Below are positions 48,615 through 59,104 of a stretch of 64,000 nucleotides of DNA, piece after piece. Origin of the DNA: Mobula hypostoma (Eukaryota); NCBI RefSeq assembly GCF_963921235.1, contig NC_086109.1:36458001-36522000 (forward strand), given 5' to 3'. A program made the position numbers and the translations under genes. The first letter of the stretch is position 1; each line of letters starts with the position of its first letter. The notes under the pieces were generated by a model. That model searched no databases, was not told where the DNA came from, and saw only the letters and a program-made list of their open reading frames with translations.

Positions 48615-50002
48615 TCATTCCTGCCAATCAAACTGGCATGCGATGCATCCCTTTATTGCATTGGAGCCATTTTGTCACATGTTTTGAAAGATGGATCTTA
48701 ACGCCCAATTGCATTTGCTTCAAGATCACTGATGAACACAGAATACAACTATGCACAGGTTGACTGAGGGAATAAAGTAGTTCTACCACTACTCTATGGA
48801 CAAAGGTTTACACTAGTGACAGATCACCCGCCCCTTGTGAACATTTTCAATCCCAGGAAGGGAATTCCAGTGATGACTACTACCTGGTTACAACGATGGG
48901 CAATATTCCTAGGAACCCACTTTAGTGACATAGAGTTCAAGAGTACCAAACAATACAACAACCCTGATGGCTTGTCATGTCTTCTATGACTGACAACTGA
49001 AGAAGAAAAGTCTTCATACTGTGACCCAGCAGAAGTGTTCCACACCACATTGGTGGACCAGTTCCCAGTACCAAATTCTGAAATACAAAGGGAAACAAGG
49101 AATGACCGGACATTGACAAAAGTCTGCAAAATCACCATGCTAGGATGACCAGCTCATGGTAACCCTATGTTTCCAGAGTTCTCGGCAAGACAAGTCCAAC
49201 TGTCGGTATGTCAAAGAGTTCAGCCAGTTGCCACACAAAGCAGCAAGGAGCTATGAGATTGGACAGGAAATCCTAGCACGTGATAACTGAGGAGATAATT
49301 GGACACCTGGTAGGATAGCTACAAGAACTGGACCATTAACGTACATGGTAGATGTTAGAGATCAGACATGGAGACGTCATGTGGACCAAATACTGGATCC
49401 TCATCTGAAGAACATACCTGAGTCAACTGCATCCAACAAGACGGACACATTACAGTCACCGGACTTACCTAGTGATGATTATGTCACTGACAGCAACATG
49501 ATACTGGAAATGGAAAACATTTTCTTAGACAAGACATCGACAAAACTTGTTGCCAATCCACAGATCCTGAGGTGCAACGAGAACATTGTCTTAGACAAGA
49601 TACCTGCCAAAACTAATATAACTCCACAGTTCCAGAGGCTTATGAAAGAAAAAGAGCACTGCTCAAAAGTCTGAACCTATAGAACCATAAAGTTATTAAT
49701 GGACTGTTATTGTGATAACATGTTTATTTGGAATATGGGTTAATAAAAGGGAAATTAAATGTTTTGTACATATACAGTTTTGTGTTGCATCAATATAAAG
49801 GGAGAGGAAGTGTAATGTATGGATCTATTTCTTTTAGAGAAATGACCCACCCACCCACCAGGACTACATATAGATCTGTTGTCTGTGCATGCATTTTTCT
49901 CTCTTTCTCTCTTGCTGCAATGTGAATACACCAGTTAAAGCCATCTTCCACATGCATGCTTTTATTTAATACATGTGTATGTAATTGCACACAGACACAA
50001 CA

Positions 50003-53000
50003 GCCATTGTCACAGCGGCCATCGTCTGAGTAGACAGAATCAGGGTGGTAATCTTGAGGCTTTAGCTCTTCAAGGCTTCCGTGAAGGAAGGTTTTAGTCA
50101 GAGAAAGCAAAAGAAAGGAAAAGCCAATTTTTTTTTTTCAGTTCTTTATATCTGCTAAGATAGTAGAGATGCCAGGTAGGATAGTGCAATGCTCCTCTTT
50201 CAGGCTGTGGGAAGGCAAAAAGACCTCCAATGTCCCTGATGACTACAACTGTGAGAAGTACATCCAGTTGCAGCTTCTAACAATCTGCATTAAGAAGTTG
50301 GAGCTGGAACCAGACGAACTCCAGATCATTTGGAAGGCTGAGAAATGGATTGATACGATATATAGAGAACTAGTTACATGCAAGGTGCATGGCTCGGGAA
50401 ACTGGGTGACAGTCAGGAAGGGAAAAGAGAAGCCAGTGCAGAACACCCCTCTGGCCATCCCCCTTAACAACAGGTATATCACTTTCAATACTGTTAGGAG
50501 GATATATCAATCGGGTCTCTGGCACTGAATTTGACCATGAATCAGAAGGGAAAGGGTATGAGGAGACACACTGTGGTGATAGGGGATTTGTTAGTTAGGG
50601 GAATGGACAGGAAGTTCTGCGGGCAAGAACGAGATTCCTCGATGGTATGTTGTGTCCTGGGTTCCAGAGCCTGGGTATCTCAGATCTAGTCCTTAGAATA
50701 CTTAGGAAGGAGGGTGAACAGCCAGAAGTCATGGTCCGTGCAGGTACCAATGACATAGCTAGGACGACTGACGAGGTTCTGCATAGGGAGTTCAGGGAGT
50801 TAGGTACTAAGTTAAAGGACAGGACCTCCAGGTTTGTGATCTCAGGATTGCTACCCATGCCGTGTGCTAGTGAGGCCAGAACTAGGAAGACTATACAGTT
50901 TAATATGTGGCTAAGGACTTGGTGTAGGAGGGAGGGCATTTTTGGATCATTGGGCTTTCTTCCCGGGAAGGTGAGATCAGCACAGAAGGGATGGTTTGCA
51001 GCTGAATTGGAGGGGGACTAATATTCTAGTGGGAAGGTTTGTTAATGCTGCTCAGTGGGGTTTAATCTAGAGTTGCAGGGGGATGGGAACCAGAGTGCCA
51101 GAACATTTAGTGGAGAGGTTGTAGAGAAAGATGTTGGTAAGACCTCAGACAAAGTTAAGAATCAAAAGATTGAGCATGGTGCGACTAGTGTCCTGAGCTG
51201 TGTATACTTTGATGCAAGTAGTATTATAGGAAAGATGAATAACAGTGCTGAAGATGAGGTATCTGGTTTAGAAACGGAGGCAATGTGTAGTGAGGAGAAG
51301 CCGTTGGTAGGGCAAAATTGCAGTCAACAGGTAAAATGCAAACAAAATCGAAAAGAGTGAACACAGGACTGATGGTGTTACATTTGAATGTGCGCAGTAT
51401 ACGGAATAAGATAGATGATCTTGTACCACAGTTGCAGATTGGTAGGTATGATGTTGTAGACATCACTGAATCATGGCTGAAAGAACATTATAGCTGAGAA
51501 CTTAATGTCCAAGGATACACATTGTATCAAAAGGATAGGCAGGATGGCAGAAGGAACAGTGTTGCTTTGTTGGTAAAAAATGAAATCAAATCATTAGAAA
51601 GAGGTGACATTGGGTTGGAAAGTGTTGAATCATTGTGGATAGAGCTAAGGAACTGCAAGGGTAAAAAGACCCTGATGGGAGGTGTACAGACTCCCAAACA
51701 GTAGTAAGGATGTGGACTACAAATACAACAGGAGATAAAAAATGCATGCCAAAAGGGCAATGTTATAATAGTCATGGGAAACTTCAATATGCAGGTATAT
51801 TGGGAAAATTAGGATGGTGCTGCATTCCAGGGGGGGAATTTCCAGAATTCCTACAAGATGGCTTTGTAGGGTAGCTCATGTTCAACCCACTAGGGGATCA
51901 ACTATTCTGGATTGAGTGTTATGCAATGAACCAGTGCAGGGATCAGGAGTGAGTGCATCCCAGATGGACTCTACATTGCGGAGTTCTGAGGGAGGTTGCT
52001 AAAGAGATAGCAGATGTATTGGTTATGATTTGAAAGAATCACTTGATTCTGGCATGGTCCGGGAGGACTGGATGTTTGCTGATGTCAGTCCACTCTTTAA
52101 CAAGGGAGGAAGGCAAAGGGAAGGGAATTATAGGCTAGTTAGCCTAACCTCAGTGGTTGGGAAAGTTTGGAAATTCATTATTAAGGATGAGGTTTCGGGG
52201 TACTTGGAGATGAATGATAAAATAAGTCAATGTTATATGGGGGGCATTGGTGGCGGACCCAAATGCAAGGCACTGACACTGAAGTACTAGGAACAGGACA
52301 GGACTAGAGACTAGAGTTAGGGACGTGACTGGATGCAGACTAGGAGCAGGGACAGAAAACACAGACTTGGGCTAGGACATTGGCTAAGCAAGTGGGACCA
52401 GGACTAGGAACTGGGAACTAGGAGCCTGGGCTTCAATTCCGAGCCAGAGACTGGACAAGGACCCAGATCCTGGGTCTTGACTCGGGCTTGGACCCCGGAA
52501 CTAGGCGAGGACATGACGTGGCTACAGGGACGGACATGGTTTGGGTTCCTCGAGGTGAGGACATGCCGAGGCATGGCTTCCTTCGAGGCGAGGACATGAC
52601 GAGACTTGGGTTCCTCGAGGTGAGGACATGACAAGGCTTGGATTTGGACTCTGAGCCAGAGACTGGGCAAGGACCCAGAACCTGGGTCTTGACTCTGGCT
52701 CGGACTCCAGAACTAGGCGAAGACATGATGTGGTCTTGGGAGACAGGACTAGGCAAGGCTACAGGACAGAACGAGAGACTCCTGGGCAAGACGAGGGAAC
52801 TCCAGCATAGGATGACGCACATGGACAGGACAAGGACATGAAGCCTTGACTTGGACAAGGGAGGACAGGAATGCAGGGCCCAGGTTGAGGGAGGACAGGA
52901 ACGCAGGGCCTTGGTCGAGGGAGGACAGGAATGCAGAGACATGGAACATAGAGCCGGGACCCCTCCTTGGGAAGAGGACTTGGGGCCAGGTCTCTGAAAA

Positions 53001-53345
53001 ATGGAAAACCAGAAAACCTGGAATAAGGAACAATGGACTGGACCGTGAACCAGAATCCGGACTTCACGGACTGGACCATGACAGTCAAAGGTAGCATGGT
53101 TTCTGTGAAGAGAAATCTTGCCTGACAAATCTTGCATTTATGTCATTTTTTTTGGATTTCAAAAGGCATTTGATAAGGTGCCACACATAAGTCTGCTTAA
53201 CAGGATAAAATCATATGGTGTTACAGGAAAGATACTGGCATGGATAATGGAATGGCTGACAGACAGCAGGCAGCAAATGAGAATAAAGGGGGCCTTTTCT
53301 GGTTGGCTGAGGGTGATTAGTGGTGTTCCTCAGGGGTCTGTATTG
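50003..53345 (+). mobile_element. Degraded CR1 LINE (5' UTR, ORF1, EN, partial RT); its 5' UTR probably continues left of the Gypsy (about 43110-43301)
   Basis: ORF1 MPGRIVQCSS...CEKYIQLQLL, RAGTNDI and ISGLLP; EN LHLNVRSIRNK and VMGNFN; RT NYRLVSLTSVVGK, FQKAFDKVPH and SGVPQGSVLG. Confidence 0.85.
52231..53083 (-). mobile_element. Solo LTR with internal minisatellites (family A, copy 1)
   Basis: TGT...ACA ends and 5-bp TSD GTCAA (52226-52230, 53084-53088), inside CR1 RT. Orientation inferred from the TGCATTTGGGTCC end motif on the minus strand. Confidence 0.8.
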
Positions 53346-53469
53346 GGAAAAAGGTATCTCTGACTTTTACTTCCTGATTGTTATCCATACAAATCTTTCC
53401 CTATGATTGATTTCTCACCCTGAATTTTTTTGCATCAGTATACCTGCACAGTTCAAGTGTTATATAAAT

Positions 53470-54367
53470 TGTTACATGCTCAAGGAGATCTGTGTTTTTT
53501 TTTTGTGAGAATGACGTCATGGTCTTTTGGAGTTCATCTGATGTGATTTTCCCGCTGATGTGAGGTCATGTGATGACATGTGACCCATGACTATATAAGG
53601 GTCGACCCAGGTGACGCAGTGGGTTTTTTAGTTTGTAGATTTCCAGGTAGAACGTGTTGTGTCTCGGTTTCTGTTGCGTGTTTGTTTTTGTGACGCACTT
53701 TCATTTTTAAAACGGAGTATTGCGTTCTGTTGCAAGATACCATAATAATTGGACTGGAAATTTTTGCTAGATGTGTTGATTTACCCAATTGCAACGTAGA
53801 AGGGAGAGTGAAGAATTTATCGAAGTACAGGACCAAAGGATCGAGAGAGGTCATCATTGTTTGGCAGTTTAATAAAGGATCGACCTTATTGAGTTTTCGT
53901 TGGAGGAGTTCTACCTGCATCAAGATAATTCTTGCCAAAAAGAGCAAGGAGTTCATGCGAAAAGGTGCTCTGTCTCTCTCTAAAGGAATTTAAGATCAGT
54001 TGATTTAAACTGTTTATTTTCGGCGTCGTGAATCCTGTGGACAGAACCAGCAGTAAAGTTGCGTCTGTGAAGAAATCCTTCTGCAGAGAAGTCTCTCCCA
54101 ATTGAATGTGTAAATCTGTTGGACTTTCGAAGTTATCACTTTAAGAACTATATCTGACTGTATTCCTTTAAGAACTGTTTTCGTCTTTAACGCTTTAAGA
54201 ACCAGGGCTGAGTGGCGAGTTGGTGAACGGCTGCCTATCTGTTAACTTCCGGTTAAAGTTTTCATTTATTCTTTTTTCCCCTTATCGTTTATCCGTGTTT
54301 AATAAATGTTTGGCTGTTTTTATATAACCTGTCTCGATTGATATTCATTGTTGCCGTTTACGTTACA
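53470..54367 (+). mobile_element. Solo LTR (898 bp)
   Basis: TGTTAC...GTTACA ends, 4-bp TSD AAAT (53466-53469, 54368-54371), TATATAA at 53592, AATAAA at 54301. Confidence 0.85.
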
Positions 54368-55579
54368 AAATGATATCAAAGCAAAAGCTATGCATATTGC
54401 AAAAATGCATTACAGAGGCTGAGAAACTCATTTAGGCATTGTGGTTTGAGGTAAGAGGCTAACCTTTCACTGTGACTGCAACATCTGGGCAATTATACTT
54501 TTGAGTCGAAAATAAAATTTAGCAATTTTGATGGAAACAATGAGGGAACATTCTAGAATCAATCTCTGTACAATTTTGCCTTGTTTTACTTTGATTTGAA
54601 TGGAGATTTGTTGAATTGGTCTAGGCATAGGTTCAGACTTTTAAAAAATAATTCCTTGACAGAAACAACTTCACGGGACATTGCACTTTAATGAGCAAGA
54701 AGGAAGTTTCAGTTTCAGTACAGAATTCACATCTCATCAAAGGAATTGTTAGAATGTTTTTGCTTCAGTTCAAAGGAAACTAATAGCATTTGGAAAAACA
54801 TTATTTACTGTTGTGAGGCAGATGTCAGCGTGAGACTAATAAGTATTGAAATATAACTCTGACTCCCAAGCTCTTGACTGCTTTTGAAACATTTTGGTAA
54901 TATATATTTTTCTGTCCTGTATTAAAAATAGTAGGATTCCTACAATAAAACTCATTGCATAGCTAGAGCAAGATTTTAGTCTGTAGATAAAGCATGTGTT
55001 GGAATTGCGTCCTGTTCTGCTTCTCCACTTTTATCAAAACTTGATGTGGGTGAATTGGAAGCTGATTGAGGTCCTCTCACACATTTTATTCAAATGGCCT
55101 CTGAATGTTCCTAGTTCTTCTGTTTTCTTTGGAATTACTGATCCTCCATCTGATCTCTACTGTGCTCTCACAGTTAATGAACTCCTTCCTGTGATCTATG
55201 CTTTCCCTTCGTAAACTAAAGATCCCACATGAATGCGGTCTCCACATGAATTTGAGATCTATCTCCACAGTTGCAGCCTTTACCAATTATCCCCAGCACC
55301 ACACTACCTTCTGAGCTGCAGGGCAAAAGTTCTTCTAGGTTCCCCAGACTCAAAACAGCCAGCTAACAAATACATCCACTCATTTATTCATCCAGTATGC
55401 CTTCAGATAAAATACAGGCCAAATAAATCCCATTTATTTTCTTGATCTAACTGCAGTAGTCCTGTACTGAACAGATTCTCTATAGTGACTAAAAGCTGCT
55501 TCTCCCATTCAGTCTGATTGTCCTTCATTTTACATTGGGGTAAGTTGGATTGTTAATGAACTCAAGCGTATTATGGTGT

Positions 55580-56824
55580 TGTCATAAGGCGGTGGCTAGG
55601 AATGGACCCAAGTGCAAGACACAGACACTGAAGTACTAGGGACAGGACTAGGATTCAGGCTGATGGCAAGGACACGGACACGAAAACCAGGAACCTGGAA
55701 CAGGACTGGACAAGAGAGCTAGGAGCCCGGGTTTGGACTCCGAGCCAGAGACTGGACAAGGACCCAGTACCTGGGTCTTGCCTCTGGCTCGGACCCCAGA
55801 ACCAGGCAAGGACGAGGATTGGCAGGCAGGTAGGACGAGGCTGGAGTCTTCAGGCTTGAGGCTAGAGGAAAGACTTGGCAGGAGGCAGGAGGCTGGGGCC
55901 TTCAGGCTTGAGGCTTGAGGCTAGAGGCGAGGCTTGGCAGGAAGCAGGATGGACTCCGAGCAAGAGACTGGACAAGGACCCAGTACCTGGGTCTTGCCTC
56001 TGGCTTGGACCACAGAACTAGGCAAGGACGAGGCTTGGCAGGCAGGCAGCGCGAGGCTGGAGTCTTCAGGCTTGAGGCTAGAGGTGAGGCTTGGCAGGAG
56101 GCAGGAGGCTGGAGTCTTCAGGCTAGAGGCTAGAGACTTGGCTTGACTTGGCAAGAGGCTGGAGTCTTCAGGCTTGAGGCTAGGCAGGAGGCTGGAGTCT
56201 TGAGGTGAGGCAAGGCTGGAGGCTGGAGGCAGGAGACTTGAGGCGAGGCAAGGCTGGAGGCTGGAGGCAGGAGACTTGAGGCGAGGTTGGGCTGGTGGCT
56301 GGAGGCAGGAGACTTGAGGCGAGGTGAGGCTGGAGTCTTCAGGCTTGAGGCTAAGCAGGCTCCTCCGGGGTAGGGCGCGGTTCACCTGGGCAGGGCATGG
56401 CTCACCTGGGCAGGGCGTGGTACTCCTAGGCAGGGAGCGGTTCACCACCCAATGGAGGCAAGGGACAGGAAGGGAGCTAGGTACAGGGTGGCTCCAGGAC
56501 AAGGCGGCAAGACAAGGCAAGGCTTCTGGCAAAGCAAGGTGAGACGAGAACGTCAGGCGAGGCGAGAGTTACCGGCAAGACAAGACAGGGCTTCAGGTGA
56601 GGAAACAGAAGGCAGAGGAAGGGATACAAGTAGTAAGGACAAGAACAATCCAGCCGCCACACCCTGGTCTCTGAAGGTATTTATGCAGCCAGCCCCAACA
56701 AGCTTCAGCTGCCTCAGTTAGAACTCAACAAGAACAGAAACAGGGTAAGCAGGAAAACCTGGAGCAAGGGTTGACGGACCGGACCGTGAACCGGAATACG
56801 GACTTCACGGACTGGACCATGACA
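55580..56824 (-). mobile_element. Solo LTR with internal minisatellites (family A, copy 2)
   Basis: TGTCA...TGACA ends; flanks GGTGT and GGTGA (4/5 match). Shares both terminal blocks with 52231-53083. Confidence 0.8.
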
Positions 56825-58184
56825 GGTGAACAGTTAGATCCTTATGAATGTGACCTTGGCAGATCAGTCCTCTTTTCAGCTGCAAGCAGCAACATCCTTG
56901 TGTCATTTACAGGGAGTGCCATGAATAATTTTAATAATTTTGGCCTGGACATCACAGGATATAAAAGCTTTACTTATCACCAAATCTTCTTGCCGCACGA
57001 TTATCTGATTTTCCCTCCCTATAGTTTACAGTGAGATGATACTGAACTAGCTTTAGAAGTCTGTTAATATACTTCTTTGCACGTTTAACTGTTGCCATGA
57101 CTCCCAAACATCAAAAGGAAATTCAGAAATCTAATGAACTGCACATTAAGTATGATGAAGTCTGAAAGAAGGAGTGGTCCTATATTAACGGTGGTAAGGG
57201 GGCAATAACTTTTCAAGATATTATGAGTTTCATTAGACAAAGTGAATTGAATCCTTAAATTCAGAGTATTTGCCAAAATACTTAGACCTTATTATTCTGA
57301 TAATGACTTTAATTTATCTTTCAAGCCACTCCACATACAAAGACAAGATTATGTCCAGAATTCAGAGCACTTTGGAAAGCAATATGACAATTGAAACTGC
57401 AAAGTGGTGTTAGTTACATGGAGGTAAGAGGGAAAGAGAAAAATGGTGAGGAGTGAAGTAAAGGGAATGAAGAACAAAGAGGAGGTTTGGGCGGGGAAAC
57501 GAGAGAGAAGAAGAAGGGATGGCAAGAGAAACAGATTAGGAACAAACTGAAAATAGAAGTAATGTTGGCGCAACCGCAGGAGAAGGGAAAGGAAGAATCC
57601 TAAATGCCCTGTGAGGCTCCACACTGGAATCTAGTGAAAGTGAAAGCGTACACAAAGAAAAGGAAAAGAAAAGCAAAAAGGTGGTAGTGCAAGGAAAACA
57701 AGAACATAGAAGTAGAAGAGGAAACAAAAATATATCAAGAGTTGGATGAGATAATACTGTATATTAAATAGACTATGCTTAAATCACACAGCAATTTTAC
57801 TTTATTTGGAAGCAGAAATAATAGTAGGAGGAGCCTGACACAGACAAAGAGAATTTTCTCACATCTAGCTCCCAGTGTAAGGCTAGGACCTGGTTCATGG
57901 AATCCTTCAGCACTTCAACGGTGCTAACAGAATATTATTGTACATCTGATTTGGGCATTCTGCCCTTTGCTTACAGGTGATTCACAACATAACTGATGGA
58001 ATATCCAACATGGTATAAGTAACACATAAATTATCACCATCATATTTACTCTAAAAATAATTTAATGCTTACTGCTGGAATAGAAACTTAACACAGCCAA
58101 ATTCAATATCGTGTAGTTTCTCAGCTGGTAATCTGTTGCCAGTCAATAGCAGTCCCTCAATTCTTTACAATTTAAAGGCTCAAA

Positions 58185-58590
58185 GTTCAAAGTTTCAAAG
58201 AAGAATTTATTAACAAAGTACATAAATGTCATCATATACTACACCGAGTTTCTTGTGGGCATTCATAGTAGATGCAAAGAAACACAATAGAATTGCTGAA
58301 AAACTACACACGAACAACTAATGTGCATAAGAACTGCAATTGTAAAATAACCAAACAACTAAATAAATAACTAGTGAGAACATGAGTTGTAGAGTCATTG
58401 AAAGTGTCACCAGAGTTGTGGACAGTTCAGATTTGGGGTGAGTAACGTTACCCACATTGGTTTGGGAGCCTAATGGCTGAAGGGTAATAACTGTTCCTGA
58501 ATCTGGTGGTGTGAGATCTAAGGCTCTTGTACTTCCTTCCCAATAGCAGCAGCAAGGAGAGAGCCTGGAATGACATGGGGTTCTTTGATG
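58185..58590 (-). mobile_element. Rex1-type LINE 3' fragment
   Basis: Antisense LGRKYKSLRSHTTRFRNSYYPSAIRL with a (CTTTGA)-like tail, as at 20940-21350. Confidence 0.7.
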
Positions 58591-59104
58591 ATAGTTACGT
58601 AAATACTTAAATGTGAAGGCAGAGGGTAGTATATCCAAGTTTGCTGATGAGGTTAGGTCAAAGAGTAAGCTGTAAGGAAGATATAAATAATATGGACATG
58701 TTAAATAAATAAGGAAGAATGGCAGCAGATGGAAAGTTTGCACAGTGGAAAAGTTTGAAGTTATCCACATTGATCAGAAGAATGGAAATTTCACTTACCT
58801 TTTCGAGAATCAGAGAATGCTGGTGCACAACGGGCGTCTTGTGTCAGTATGTGAAATCTGCAGGCATCTCCTGTGATGCTACTGTTGCTACGCTCTGTCA
58901 GTCTCTGACATTCCTTTAGATTCATTAGCTGCACGGAGATGGGGACCCTGCTGTATGGGCAACAGCTTTCTCTCTAGATTGTACTGCCCTGGCTAGCATA
59001 TAGGCTTGGATATGGAGGACCATCACATTATGCAAATACACTCCTGTGCCTAACATCATTTTAAGGGCATACATACAATCAATTTATTTATATTTATTTT
59101 ACTG

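Larger units (their letters stand above)
43302..50002 (+). mobile_element. Decayed Ty3/Gypsy LTR retrotransposon with short (192-bp) LTRs and three nested insertions
   Basis: LTRs 43302-43493 and 49811-50002; PPT AAAGGGAGAGGAAG; flanks GCTGT and GCCAT. gag TYSLLRNLVTPEKP...ERFRFYKR, protease KMELCSGS, RT LPRVEDIFASLAGG and SLDDIIVTG, RNaseH KLACDAS. Integrase core largely missing. Confidence 0.88.

Noticed and set aside
52433..53137. 234-aa minus-strand ORF
   Set aside because: Runs through GC-rich tandem repeats of a solo LTR. The translation is repetitive with no domain, and the ORF extends beyond the element boundary.
55830..56350. Interspaced direct repeats of about 28 bp that look CRISPR-like
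   Set aside because: The spacers are themselves repetitive and irregular, there are no cas genes, and the context is a eukaryotic LTR.
55921..56532. 203-aa Ser/Leu/Pro-rich ORF
   Set aside because: It is a translation of the LTR minisatellites and is not conserved in the sister LTR.
52231..56824. A single LTR retrotransposon bounded by the two related LTRs
   Set aside because: Each LTR has its own TSD. The DNA between them is CR1, another solo LTR and unique sequence, with no PBS or gag-pol.
57420..57730. Purine-rich tract suggesting a charged coding exon
   Set aside because: Low complexity with stops in the + frames and no clear splice sites.
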